From: an uncultured Solirubrobacterales bacterium
GTDB lineage: Bacteria > Actinomycetota > Thermoleophilia > Solirubrobacterales > 70-9
Length of the DNA stretch: 64,000 bases
Assembly: GCA_963722965.1 (NCBI GenBank)
Contig: CAVROX010000007.1
Coordinates: forward strand, 149,040-213,039
Reading direction: 5' to 3'
Shown here piece after piece: positions 11,780 through 20,545 of this stretch. How positions within the stretch are numbered: the first letter of the stretch is position 1; every line of letters begins with the position of its first letter. Both the position numbers and the translations under genes were made by a program. The notes under the pieces are model-generated. The model did not search any database and had not been told where the DNA came from. It saw only the letters and a list, made by a program, of their open reading frames with translations.

Positions 11780-12561
11780 CCGACCCGCAGCCGGTGGCGC
11801 AGCGCCCGCGCGCTCAGCACCAGCCCGACGAGCACGATACCGGCGATCGCCCCCACCGCGTAGAGCGTTTCCGCTGCGCTGATCCTGGAGATCATCGGGC
11901 CGCGGATCCCGTTGACGACGAGGCTCAGCGGGTTGTATTCGGCGATGGTCTGGGCCGGTTGGATCATCAGGTGCACGGGGAAGAAGGCGGAGGAGAGGAA
12001 GAGCACGACGAGGACCAGCGGGAAGAGGCCTTGCACGACGCTGGCGCTGCCGGTCCGCAACGCGATCGCGGCGCCGATCCCGCCGACTGCGAGGGCCGCC
12101 GCGGTGACCAGGAAGATCGCGATTGCCGCGCCGGGGATGCCGCTTTGGATTTCGGCGCCGAAGATCAGCCCGATCGCGAGAAACCAGAGGGCCGAGAACA
12201 GGCCCAGCGCCGCGGTTCCGGCCAGGCGCCCGAGGACGATCGTGAAGCGGGAGATCGGCGCTGCGAAGAGGCGGTCGGTGAACCCCATCTCGATGTCGAC
12301 CGCGAGCGCAATGCCACCGCTATTGCCGGCCAGCATCAGCGACTGCATCATCGCCCCGGCCAACATGAACTGAAGAAAGCTCTGCACCGGCGGGAAGCCG
12401 GGGAGGTTTACCGCGGCGCCGGCGCCCCCGGTCTGGATCGCCAAAAGCAGGGTGGGGAAGACGACGATCGGGGCCATCAGCTGCGGCCGGCGAAACGTTT
12501 GACGAATCGAGCGCATCCCCAGCGCTCGGATCACCCTCAGGTTCAGCGTCAGCGAGCTCAA
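11776..12561 (-). CDS. ABC-2 type transporter permease
   Basis: 261 aa, about 6 TM segments. 4-nt overlaps with both the ATPase stop and the next permease start. Confidence 0.75.
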   Translation of the reverse strand: MSSLTLNLRVIRALGMRSIRQTFRRPQLMAPIVVFPTLLLAIQTGGAGAAVNLPGFPPVQSFLQFMLAGAMMQSLMLAGNSGGIALAVDIEMGFTDRLFAAPISRFTIVLGRLAGTAALGLFSALWFLAIGLIFGAEIQSGIPGAAIAIFLVTAAALAVGGIGAAIALRTGSASVVQGLFPLVLVVLFLSSAFFPVHLMIQPAQTIAEYNPLSLVVNGIRGPMISRISAAETLYAVGAIAGIVLVGLVLSARALRHRLRVG

Positions 12562-13529
12562 GCCTCGACCGGCTTCTTCTCGGCGGCCTCCTCGCTCTCC
12601 TGCGCGAGGTGGTAGCCGGTCTTCTCGACGAAGACGTCGTCGAGCGTGGGGCGGACCAGCTCCAGCGACTCGACCGCGATCCCGGCCTCGTCCAGGGCCC
12701 GCACGACATGCGGGATGTCGGCGGCGCCGTTCTTGACCTCGACCAAGACCGCCTTGCCGTCCTTGGGGGGCAGCAGCTTGCCTACCCGAGCGCAGATCTC
12801 CTCCGCCTGCACGACTGAGCCCTCGGCCAGGTGGAGCTGAATGTGAGGGTGGCCCACCTCGGCCTTAAGGGACTCGGGAGTGCCTTCGGCGACGATCTTG
12901 CCGCTGTCGATGATTCCCACATTGTCGGCGAGCTGGTCGGCCTCCTCCAGGTACTGGGTGGTGAGGAAGACGGTGGTGCCTTCCTCGTTCAGACCCCTCA
13001 CCTCCTCCCAGATCGTCTTGCGGCTGACCGGGTCAAGGCCGGTGGTTGGCTCGTCGAGGAAGAGGACGCGCGGCTCGTGGACCAGTGCGGCGGCGAGGTC
13101 AAGGCGCCGCTGCATCCCGCCTGAGTAGGTGCCTACCCGGCGGTCGGCGGCGGAGGCTAGGTCGACCCGCTCCAGCAGGTCGTCGGCGCGCGTCCTGCCC
13201 TCGCCGGTGGGGATGCCCTGGAGCGTCGCCTGCAGGCGGATCAGCTCGCGACCGGTCATCAGCGGATCGAGCGCCGCTTCCTGCAGGGCGACGCCGATCG
13301 ACCCCCGCACCGCCCGGGCTTCTGCGACCACGTCGTGCCCGGCGACGGTTGCGCGCCCGGCGCTCGGCAGCAGAAGCGTCGTCAGCACCCGCACGGTCGT
13401 CGTCTTGCCGGCCCCGTTGGGCCCGAGGAAACCGTAGATTTCGCCCTCGTCGACCTCGAGGTCGATTCCCTGCACTGCGAGCACCCCGTCAAAGGCGCGC
13501 TCTAGCCTCTCGACCACGATCGCCGGCAC
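12558..13529 (-). CDS. ABC transporter ATP-binding protein (DrrA/ABC-2 exporter type)
   Basis: Walker A 'GPNGAGKTT', signature 'YSGGMQRRL', Walker B 'VLFLDEPTTGLD'. I place the start at the GTG at 13529, 1 nt after the amidase stop. The longer track ORF (to 13691) overlaps the amidase and its extra N-terminus looks non-protein-like. Confidence 0.9.
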   Translation of the reverse strand: MPAIVVERLERAFDGVLAVQGIDLEVDEGEIYGFLGPNGAGKTTTVRVLTTLLLPSAGRATVAGHDVVAEARAVRGSIGVALQEAALDPLMTGRELIRLQATLQGIPTGEGRTRADDLLERVDLASAADRRVGTYSGGMQRRLDLAAALVHEPRVLFLDEPTTGLDPVSRKTIWEEVRGLNEEGTTVFLTTQYLEEADQLADNVGIIDSGKIVAEGTPESLKAEVGHPHIQLHLAEGSVVQAEEICARVGKLLPPKDGKAVLVEVKNGAADIPHVVRALDEAGIAVESLELVRPTLDDVFVEKTGYHLAQESEEAAEKKPVEA

Positions 13530-13530
13530 C

Positions 13531-14898
13531 TCAGAGCTCCGCAGACTCACCGCGGGCGATGGGCGGGAGCGCCTTGACCCAACGCCGCCCGTTGCCACGC
13601 TCAAGGGCCTCCGCGGCGTCGAGCAGCAGCTCGTCCCGTCCCCAGGGGGCTTGGAGCTGAAGCCCGATCGGTAATCCCCCCGCAAACCCAACCGGCACGC
13701 TGATCGACGGGATCCCGGTTAGGTTGGCAAGCCCGGCGCCGCGGACGTTTGCCTGGTCGGCGCTGAGCGTGCCGGAGGGTAGCTCGACCAGCGGTGCATC
13801 CAACGGCGGTGCGACGGCGGGAACGGTCGGCCAGGCGAGCAGGTCGACCTCCCGGAAGGCGGCGGCCAAGCGGTGGCGCATCAAGGTGCGAAGGCGCTGC
13901 GCCTTGACGCTCGCGGCCGCCGGTAGCAGCATCCGGTACTTGGCAAAGCCCCTGGCGACCGGGCTGAGTTCGGGGCTCAGATGGTTGAGCCGCTCGGGCG
14001 AGATCTCGCCGAGGGCCTCGGTGTTGGCGATCAGAACCGTCGCCAGCGACCCCACCTCGATGCCGGCGAGCTCGACAGCGTGAACCGTACCGCCGCTCTC
14101 GGCGCCCAGCGCCTCGACCGCCTTCTCGCAGGCCTCCCTAACTTCCGGCGCGACGTCATCGGCGACGGCGTCCTGGACAACCCCGATCCGCAGGCCCTCG
14201 GCCGTCGCGGCCACCAGCTCCTCGCCGAACAGCACCGAACCCAGGAGGCGGCAGTCTGCCGCATCGACGCAGAGCGGGCCGGAGACGATCGTGGTGGAGA
14301 CCGAGGCCATGTGATGGCCGGACATCGCCGCTCGGCCGAAGGTCGGCTTCAGCCCAGTCAGCCCGCAGTAGGCGGCGGGAAAGCGGATCGAGCCGATCCC
14401 GTCGGCGCCAACTGCTCCCGCAACGAGCCGCGCCGCAACCGCCGCCGCGGGGCCGCTGGAGGAGCCGCCAGGACAGCGCGCGGTGTCCCATGGGTTGCGC
14501 GCAGGTCCGTAAACGGAGGTGTTGCCGGTGCTGCTGGCGCCCAGCTCGTGCATGTTGGCTACGCCGACGATTACCGCTCCGGCGTCGCGCAGAGCGCGGT
14601 AGGGGCCAGACTCGCCGGGGGCCGTCGCGGCGAACATTTCGGCGGCGCCGAAGCGCTGAGCACGCCAGGGCAGCGGCCACTCGTCCTTGATCACGACGGG
14701 GACTCCGTAAAGCTGCCCTGCGGGCGCCTCGGCGAGCATCTCGCGCGAGCGCTCCGGGAAGGTCTCGATGACCGCATTGATCGCCGGGTTGCGCTGCTTG
14801 ATTCGCTCCAGGGCTTCCTCGAGCAGCTCAGCTGGATCAGCCTCAGCGGCCGCGACCGCTGAGGCCTGCTCTCGCAGCGACAGATCGAGGGCGCTCAC
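13531..14898 (-). CDS. amidase-signature family amidase (GatA/AtzE-like)
   Basis: 455 aa. 'VVIKDEW' (catalytic Lys region) and 'CPGGSSSGPAAAVAA' (the AS-family GGSS[GS]G motif). Confidence 0.9.
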   Translation of the reverse strand: MSALDLSLREQASAVAAAEADPAELLEEALERIKQRNPAINAVIETFPERSREMLAEAPAGQLYGVPVVIKDEWPLPWRAQRFGAAEMFAATAPGESGPYRALRDAGAVIVGVANMHELGASSTGNTSVYGPARNPWDTARCPGGSSSGPAAAVAARLVAGAVGADGIGSIRFPAAYCGLTGLKPTFGRAAMSGHHMASVSTTIVSGPLCVDAADCRLLGSVLFGEELVAATAEGLRIGVVQDAVADDVAPEVREACEKAVEALGAESGGTVHAVELAGIEVGSLATVLIANTEALGEISPERLNHLSPELSPVARGFAKYRMLLPAAASVKAQRLRTLMRHRLAAAFREVDLLAWPTVPAVAPPLDAPLVELPSGTLSADQANVRGAGLANLTGIPSISVPVGFAGGLPIGLQLQAPWGRDELLLDAAEALERGNGRRWVKALPPIARGESAEL

Positions 14899-15098
14899 GC
14901 GTCTAGCGGGGGCTTGGAGAGGTCCGGGCAGCGCTCTGCCTTGACCCCACTCGTGTCGAGCGCGAGCAGTTCGCGGATCGGCGCCCAGAAGAGCTGGTGG
15001 GCGGCGGCGATCACCGCCAGGTCAACCTCATCGGCCTCGATCCCGAGTGAGGCGAGGCCGGCGGGGATGAAATCGTCTGCACGGTTGGAGGCCTCCAT
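14895..15098 (-). CDS. small acidic protein, possible GatC/AtzG-like amidase partner
   Basis: 67-aa ORF 'MEASNRADDFIPAGLASLGIEADEVDLAVIAAAHQLFWAPIRELLALDTSGV...'. It is the only protein-like part of the long track ORF 14895..15917. Its stop overlaps the amidase ATG by 4 nt. The functional call is inference. Confidence 0.45.
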   Translation of the reverse strand: MEASNRADDFIPAGLASLGIEADEVDLAVIAAAHQLFWAPIRELLALDTSGVKAERCPDLSKPPLDA

Positions 15099-15233
15099 CT
15101 GGCGGTGGCCAACCCTACAGAGGCAAGCTGGCCGGGATCGTGCAAGGGCGCTCTCTTCACCGCATCCCTGCGGCGCGGTCGGCAGAATCCCGGCCGCAAC
15201 AAAGGGAACTCGCCCGGTGTTGCCTAGTAGTCG

Positions 15234-16004
15234 ATGGCTTCCGAAGCAGCAAAAAACAGATCCGCCGCGACCCGTGCGCTGGCGGGAGCCGCGGCCGCCG
15301 CTTCTCTGCTGCTGGCGTTGGTCGGTGCGGTCCTGCCTGGTGCGGCCGATTCGGCCCCGCTTCGGGTCCTCGTCCTCGGTCAGACCCCATCGACTCCCGC
15401 CCCCTCCTGTCCCGGCAAGATCGTCAAAGGTGTGGCGATCACGCCCTGCCGGGTGGAGGGCCACATCACCGGATTTCAGACCGCCGCCGGCGGGGTGGCA
15501 AAACCCTACGTGGCGCCGTTTGAAGGCAAGATTGTCGCCTGGTCGATCACCCTTTCCAGGCCCTCGACCAAGGTTTCTGCCACCACCACCAACGAGGTCG
15601 GCTTCTTTGACGAATTCCTCGGCAAGCCGGCGGAGGCTCGGATCGGTGTCCTGCGGGCCGTCAAGCGGACAAGTCCTCCGCAGTACACGCTGGTGCGGGA
15701 GAGCCCGATCCAAGTGCTCAATCCTTACTTCGGCGGGACCGCGATCTTCGCCCTCGAACGCCCGCTGACAGTCCTCCAGGGCCAGACGGTCGCCCTTACC
15801 GTGCCGACCTGGGCACCGATGTTCGCCTTCAACGTGTCGGCCACTGACACCTGGCGCGGCAGCCGGCTGGCCAAGCGCTGTTCCTCCAAAGAAGACATCA
15901 AAAACGGCCACCCCCAACAGGTGCTGGGCAAGACCAAGACCTACGGCTGCTTTTACTCCAGCGCCCGTCTGCTCTACACAGCGACCCTCGTCAAAAAGCC
16001 CTAG
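15234..16004 (+). CDS. hypothetical secreted protein
   Basis: 256 aa with the signal-like N-terminus 'AAAAASLLLALVGAVLPGAADSA', then a Cys-containing beta-rich body. The composition is far more protein-like than the antisense ORF. Confidence 0.6.
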   Translation: MASEAAKNRSAATRALAGAAAAASLLLALVGAVLPGAADSAPLRVLVLGQTPSTPAPSCPGKIVKGVAITPCRVEGHITGFQTAAGGVAKPYVAPFEGKIVAWSITLSRPSTKVSATTTNEVGFFDEFLGKPAEARIGVLRAVKRTSPPQYTLVRESPIQVLNPYFGGTAIFALERPLTVLQGQTVALTVPTWAPMFAFNVSATDTWRGSRLAKRCSSKEDIKNGHPQQVLGKTKTYGCFYSSARLLYTATLVKKP

Positions 16005-16070
16005 TCAGAACCTGAGAACTGTCGGGCCGGCGGTTCAAGGACCCAGGGGAGATCGGTGCCGGGAAAACGA

Positions 16071-16134
16071 TTAGAGGGGCCGAAAGGCGCCGATCAGAAG
16101 GCTTAGAGGGGCCGAAAGGCGCCGATCAGAAGGC
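16071..16134. repeat. perfect 32-bp tandem duplication (2 copies)
   Basis: 'ttagaggggccgaaaggcgccgatcagaaggc' occurs at 16071-16102 and again at 16103-16134, between convergent genes. Confidence 0.95.
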
Positions 16135-16139
16135 GCCTT
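16116..16139. terminator. GC-rich hairpin between convergent genes (possible bidirectional terminator)
   Basis: 'aaggcgcc-gatcagaa-ggcgcctt' forms a perfect 8-bp stem. The stop codon of the minus-strand gene lies in the loop. There is no long U-tract, so the terminator function is tentative. Confidence 0.4.
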
Positions 16140-16389
16140 GGCGTAGGCCGCAATAGGGGCAATCGCTGACGTCCAGACCGATCAGCTGCTCGCAGCGCCG
16201 ACAGGCGCGGAGGTTCTCCGGTGCACGCGGCAGGGCCGAGGCCGAGGGAGCGAGCGGCAGCACCATTGCCACCGGCTGCATCTCCTCACCGGTGTCGCGG
16301 TCAAGGTAAACGGAATCGGGCTCGGCATAGGCGAGCGCCTCACGGCCCGAGGCCGGGGCGCGCATTCGGTAGAGCTGTTTGGGATTCAC
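16126..16389 (-). CDS. small zinc-ribbon protein
   Basis: 87 aa ending in 'CRRCEQLIGLDVSDCPYCG' (CxxC-x10-CxxC). Confidence 0.5.
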   Translation of the reverse strand: MNPKQLYRMRAPASGREALAYAEPDSVYLDRDTGEEMQPVAMVLPLAPSASALPRAPENLRACRRCEQLIGLDVSDCPYCGLRQGAF

Positions 16390-16421
16390 GGCCGCGAAGA
16401 CTAATAGCTTGGGCGGCAGCG

Positions 16422-17768
16422 ATGCGCGTCCTAATTTTTCACGGCTACATGCTGCGCGGCACCGGCAGCAACATCTACAACGCCAACCTCGCCCGCGCGC
16501 TCGCCCGGCTTGGGCATGAGGTGCACCTCCTTTGCCAAGAGCGGGAGGTGGAGCTCGAGGGCGTGCAGATCCACAACCCCGAGATCGGCGGCCTTTTGCC
16601 GGTCTATGTGAAGGACCCCTACGAGGGCTTTGAGGTCAAGGCATTTCCCGAGCTGACAGAGGCAGAGCTCAGGCGCTACATCGGGGCAAACCTCAAGGCG
16701 GTGAGGAAGGTCGCCGAGCGGGCAGGCGGCATCGACGCCGCCCTCGCCAACCACCTGATCATGGGGCCGGCGATCCTTGCCCGTGCCCGCGTTGCACCGT
16801 TTGCGGCCAAGGTCCACGGGTCGGCCCTCGAGTACACCGTCAAGCCCGACCCGCGCTTTGTGCCCTACGCCCGTGAGGGCATGCGGGCCGCATCGGGTGT
16901 GCTCGTTGGCTCCCAACATACGGCCAAGTCGCTGTGGGCGACGCTTCCGGATGTTCGCGGCCTGCGGGAGAAGACGCGGCTTGGGCCGCCGGGGGTCGAC
17001 ACCGAGGCGTTCCGCCCTCGCGGCCCTTCGAGGGGGCCGCGGAGGGTCGTATTCGTGGGCAAGCTGATCGTCTCCAAGGGAGTCGACCTCCTGCTCGCGG
17101 CGTGGCCGCTGGTCAGACTCGCCCACCCCGACGTTTGCCTTGAAATTGTGGGATTCGGGGAGTATGAGGAGGGGCTGAGAGGCCTTTGGGGCGCGCTCGA
17201 AGCGGGGGATCTGCCGGCAGCCCGCGAGATCGCCGGAGCTGGCTGGGCTCTTGAAGGTGGCAAGGAGGAGCCGTTGCCGATCCTGGCGGAGTTCCTGGGC
17301 GAACCGCCATCCGGCTACGCCGAGGCTGCCCAGGGCGCTGCCGGCTCGGTCAGGTTCATCGGCCGCCTTGAGCACGAGGAGGTCGCGGAGCTTCTGCCTG
17401 GAGCCGAAGCTCTGGTGATGCCGAGCACCTTCCCCGAGGCCTTCGGCATGGTCGCCGTCGAGGCGGCGGCCTGCGGCGTCCTTCCGCTGTCGGCGGGGCA
17501 TTCGGGCATGCGGGAGGTCTCGCGCGAGCTGGCTGCAGCGCTGCCGGAGCGGGCCGCCGATCTGGTCTCCTTCCCGATGGGGACGGGCGCGATCGAGGCG
17601 ATCGCCGAGCGCCTCGATCGCTGGTTGGGACTCCCCGAGGAGGAGAAAGCGGCGGCCCGCCGGGCGCTGGTTGTGACCGTTCAGCGCCTCTGGAGCTGGG
17701 AGGGAGTGGCCCGCGGTGTCCTCGCCGCTGCGGCCGGAAGGTTGGAGGAGCTGCTGGCACCCGACTAG
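16422..17768 (+). CDS. glycosyltransferase family 4 (GT-B fold)
   Basis: Starts 'MRVLIFHGYMLRGTGSNIYNANLARALARLGHEV' and has the C-terminal 'PSTFPEAFGMVAVEAAACGVLPL' (EX7E region). ATG 16422 is preferred, because the upstream part of the track ORF overlaps the convergent gene. Confidence 0.85.
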   Translation: MRVLIFHGYMLRGTGSNIYNANLARALARLGHEVHLLCQEREVELEGVQIHNPEIGGLLPVYVKDPYEGFEVKAFPELTEAELRRYIGANLKAVRKVAERAGGIDAALANHLIMGPAILARARVAPFAAKVHGSALEYTVKPDPRFVPYAREGMRAASGVLVGSQHTAKSLWATLPDVRGLREKTRLGPPGVDTEAFRPRGPSRGPRRVVFVGKLIVSKGVDLLLAAWPLVRLAHPDVCLEIVGFGEYEEGLRGLWGALEAGDLPAAREIAGAGWALEGGKEEPLPILAEFLGEPPSGYAEAAQGAAGSVRFIGRLEHEEVAELLPGAEALVMPSTFPEAFGMVAVEAAACGVLPLSAGHSGMREVSRELAAALPERAADLVSFPMGTGAIEAIAERLDRWLGLPEEEKAAARRALVVTVQRLWSWEGVARGVLAAAAGRLEELLAPD

Positions 17769-17835
17769 CTCGTGCCGAGCGTCATTTGAGCCTCCAAGCC
17801 TCCCGCCGAAGCTTCAATAGAATGCCGCCGCGCTC

Positions 17836-18627
17836 ATGCACGGCCGCCTGCCGATAGTCAAGATGCTCGCCGCGACCATCGCGCTGGCCGCCGCGATCTC
17901 GGCGGTGATGCTCTCGATCAACTGGAACGGCGAGGAGGCTTCCACCGCGGCTCCCAAGATCGATGACCTCCTCAACATCATGATCGTGCTCTCCTCGATC
18001 GTCTTCTCGCTCGTCGTCGTGATGTTGTTCTACGCGCTGTGGAAATTCAGGGCCAAACCAGGGGACGAGTCAGACGGCGAGCCGATCCACGGCAACACGC
18101 GGCTTGAGATCGCCTGGACGCTGATCCCGACGATCATCGTCCTCTTCGGCGGTGCCTACAGCTGGAAAGTGCTGAACGAAATCGAACAGCGGGGCAAGGA
18201 CCCGATGACAGTTGACGTCTTCTCCCAGCAGTACGCGTGGAGCTTCGGCTACCCGGGCAAGGGCGATGTCTGGTCGCCCGGCGAACTGCGGGTCCCGGTC
18301 AACCGCCAGATCGTGTTCAGGATGCACTCCCAGGACGTGATCCACTCCTTCTGGGTGCCGGAGTGGCGGATCAAGAAAGACAACGTCCCGGGGATCACGA
18401 CGACCGCGGTGATCACCCCCGACCGGATCGGGACCTACCAGGTGATCTGCACCCAGCTCTGCGGCTTCGGCCACTCGACGATGAGGGCGAAAGTCGTGGT
18501 CGAGTCACCGGCGAAATTCAGGCAATGGGTCTCGGGCCTGAAGGAGAAGGTCCCGTCTTCCTACCAGGAATCAATCAGGCAGGACACCGAAACGAACCCG
18601 CCGCCGCTGACGGCGGGAGGGGCATAA
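17836..18627 (+). CDS. ctaC: cytochrome c oxidase subunit II
   Basis: 263 aa, two N-terminal TM helices, CuA site 'HSFWVPEW...CTQLCGFGHSTM'. Confidence 0.93.
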   Translation: MHGRLPIVKMLAATIALAAAISAVMLSINWNGEEASTAAPKIDDLLNIMIVLSSIVFSLVVVMLFYALWKFRAKPGDESDGEPIHGNTRLEIAWTLIPTIIVLFGGAYSWKVLNEIEQRGKDPMTVDVFSQQYAWSFGYPGKGDVWSPGELRVPVNRQIVFRMHSQDVIHSFWVPEWRIKKDNVPGITTTAVITPDRIGTYQVICTQLCGFGHSTMRAKVVVESPAKFRQWVSGLKEKVPSSYQESIRQDTETNPPPLTAGGA

Positions 18628-18640
18628 TGGAGGCGATCTG

Positions 18641-20545
18641 ATGGCGGCTGCGATCAAGCGACCGGGATGGATTCGGGGGGCAATCGGCGCCGTGCTGGCC
18701 GGAGCGTTTGGCTTTGGCCTCGTTATCTCGCTGCGGGCGATCTCCGACCTGCCCATCTACCAGACCGCCCAGAACGGCTATCCGCAGGTGATCGTGCCGC
18801 TGATCACCACGCCGTTTGGCTTCCTCGCCGGCTTCGGCTGCTTTGACTACTGGCTGCGCTGGGCGGTGGGGATGCCGACGATCCCCGACGATCACTCCCA
18901 GCACGGGGCCAAGAGCTGGCGCGATTACTTCCGCTTCAACACCGATCACAAGGTGATCGGGATCCAGTACATCTGCAACAGCTTCTTCTTCTTCTTCGTC
19001 GGCGGGCTGCTGGCGGAGGTGATGCGGGCTCAGCTGGCACAGCCCGGCAACCAGATTGTCGACCCCAGCACCTACAACAGCCTCTTCTCGACTCACGCGG
19101 TGCTGATGATCTTCGTCTTCGTGATCCCGATCTTCGCCGGGATCGCCAACTACGTCCTGCCGCTGATGATCGGCGCACCGGACATGGCATTCCCGCGCCT
19201 CAACGCGCTCAGCTTCTGGCTGCTGCCGATCGCCGGGCTGCTCTTTGTCGGCAGCTTCCTGGCACCCGGCGGCGCCTTTGACGCCGGCTGGACGGGCTAC
19301 GCGCCGCTCTCGACCGGCGCACCGCTCGGGCAGTCGTTCTTCAACATCGGCGTGCAGTTCGCCGGTGCCTCCTCGATCGCCACCGCGCTCAACTTCCTCG
19401 TCACGATCATCACCATGCGGGCGCCGGGGATGAACTTCTGGCGGATGCCGTTGCTGGTCTGGGCCAACCTCTCGACCTCGCTGCTGGTCGTCGCCGCGAC
19501 CCCGTTCATCGCCGGCGCCCAGTTCATGGTCCTCCTCGATCGCCTCGTCCACACCAACTTCTTTCAGTTCACCGGCGGCGGCGACGTGATCAGCTACCAG
19601 CACATTTTCTGGTTCTACTCCCACCCGGCCGTCTACATCATGATGCTGCCCGGCTTCGGGATCATTAGCGAGGTCATATCGACCCATGCCCGAAAGCCGA
19701 TCTTCGGCTACCGGTTGATGGCGCTGGCGCTGCTTGGGATCGTCGTCCTCAGCTACTCGGTGTGGGCACACCACATGTTTGTCGCCGGGATGTTCAGCTG
19801 GCTGCGCGTGCCGATGATGTTCACGACGCTGCTGATCGCGGTGCCGACCGGGATCAAGATCTTCTCCTGGCTCGGCACGCTGTATTTCGGCAAGATCCAC
19901 ACCTACTCGACGGCGATGTTATTCGCGCTCGCCTTCATCGTCACTTTCACGATCGGGGGGATCAGCGGCGTGATGCTGGGCATGGTCCCGATCGACATCC
20001 ACGTCTCCCAGACGTACTTCATCGTTGCCCACATTCACTTCGTGCTGTTCGGCGGTTCGGTCTTCACGATCTTTGCCGGTATCTACCACTGGTTCCCCAA
20101 GATGACGGGGCGAATGTATGACGAGAAGCTCGGCCGAGTCCACTTCTGGGGCACGCTGATCTGCACCTGGGGGACGTTCCTGCCGATGCACTGGATCGGG
20201 ATGGACGGGATGCCGCGCCGGGTCGCTACCTACGCCGCCCAGTTTGGGGACTGGAACCTGCTGATCAGCGTCTTTGCCTTCCTCCTCGGGATCTTCCAGC
20301 TCGTCTTCCTCTACAACATGATCGTCAGCTGGCGATTCGGTCCACGCGCCGTGGGCAACCCCTGGCGGGCGAACTCGATCGAGTGGCAGGTCTCCTCGCC
20401 GCCGCCGATCTTCAATTTCGACGAGATCCCGCGGGTCGTCGGCGGCCCCTACGAGTACGGTGTACCGGGCGCCCGCCACGCGATCATGGGCGGCGAAGGA
20501 GCTGAGGTTCCCGCACCGCGGCCGAGTGTGGTGGGGAGCACTTGA
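18641..20545 (+). CDS. ctaD: cytochrome c oxidase subunit I
   Basis: 634 aa with all canonical ligand motifs: 'STHAVLMIF', 'WFYSHPAVYIMMLPGFG', 'VWAHHMF', 'VAHIHFVLFGG'. Confidence 0.97.
   Translation: MAAAIKRPGWIRGAIGAVLAGAFGFGLVISLRAISDLPIYQTAQNGYPQVIVPLITTPFGFLAGFGCFDYWLRWAVGMPTIPDDHSQHGAKSWRDYFRFNTDHKVIGIQYICNSFFFFFVGGLLAEVMRAQLAQPGNQIVDPSTYNSLFSTHAVLMIFVFVIPIFAGIANYVLPLMIGAPDMAFPRLNALSFWLLPIAGLLFVGSFLAPGGAFDAGWTGYAPLSTGAPLGQSFFNIGVQFAGASSIATALNFLVTIITMRAPGMNFWRMPLLVWANLSTSLLVVAATPFIAGAQFMVLLDRLVHTNFFQFTGGGDVISYQHIFWFYSHPAVYIMMLPGFGIISEVISTHARKPIFGYRLMALALLGIVVLSYSVWAHHMFVAGMFSWLRVPMMFTTLLIAVPTGIKIFSWLGTLYFGKIHTYSTAMLFALAFIVTFTIGGISGVMLGMVPIDIHVSQTYFIVAHIHFVLFGGSVFTIFAGIYHWFPKMTGRMYDEKLGRVHFWGTLICTWGTFLPMHWIGMDGMPRRVATYAAQFGDWNLLISVFAFLLGIFQLVFLYNMIVSWRFGPRAVGNPWRANSIEWQVSSPPPIFNFDEIPRVVGGPYEYGVPGARHAIMGGEGAEVPAPRPSVVGST

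Noticed and set aside
12558-13691. The 377-aa version of the ABC ATPase ORF
   Set aside because: The extra 54 N-terminal residues overlap the amidase 3' end and look non-protein-like. The GTG at 13529, 1 nt after the amidase stop, gives a normal-length ATPase.
16071-16134. CRISPR array or other multi-copy repeat
   Set aside because: There are only two abutting copies with no spacers. The same holds for the 19-mer at 50097-50134. I did not notice any repeat-spacer architecture on reading through the window.
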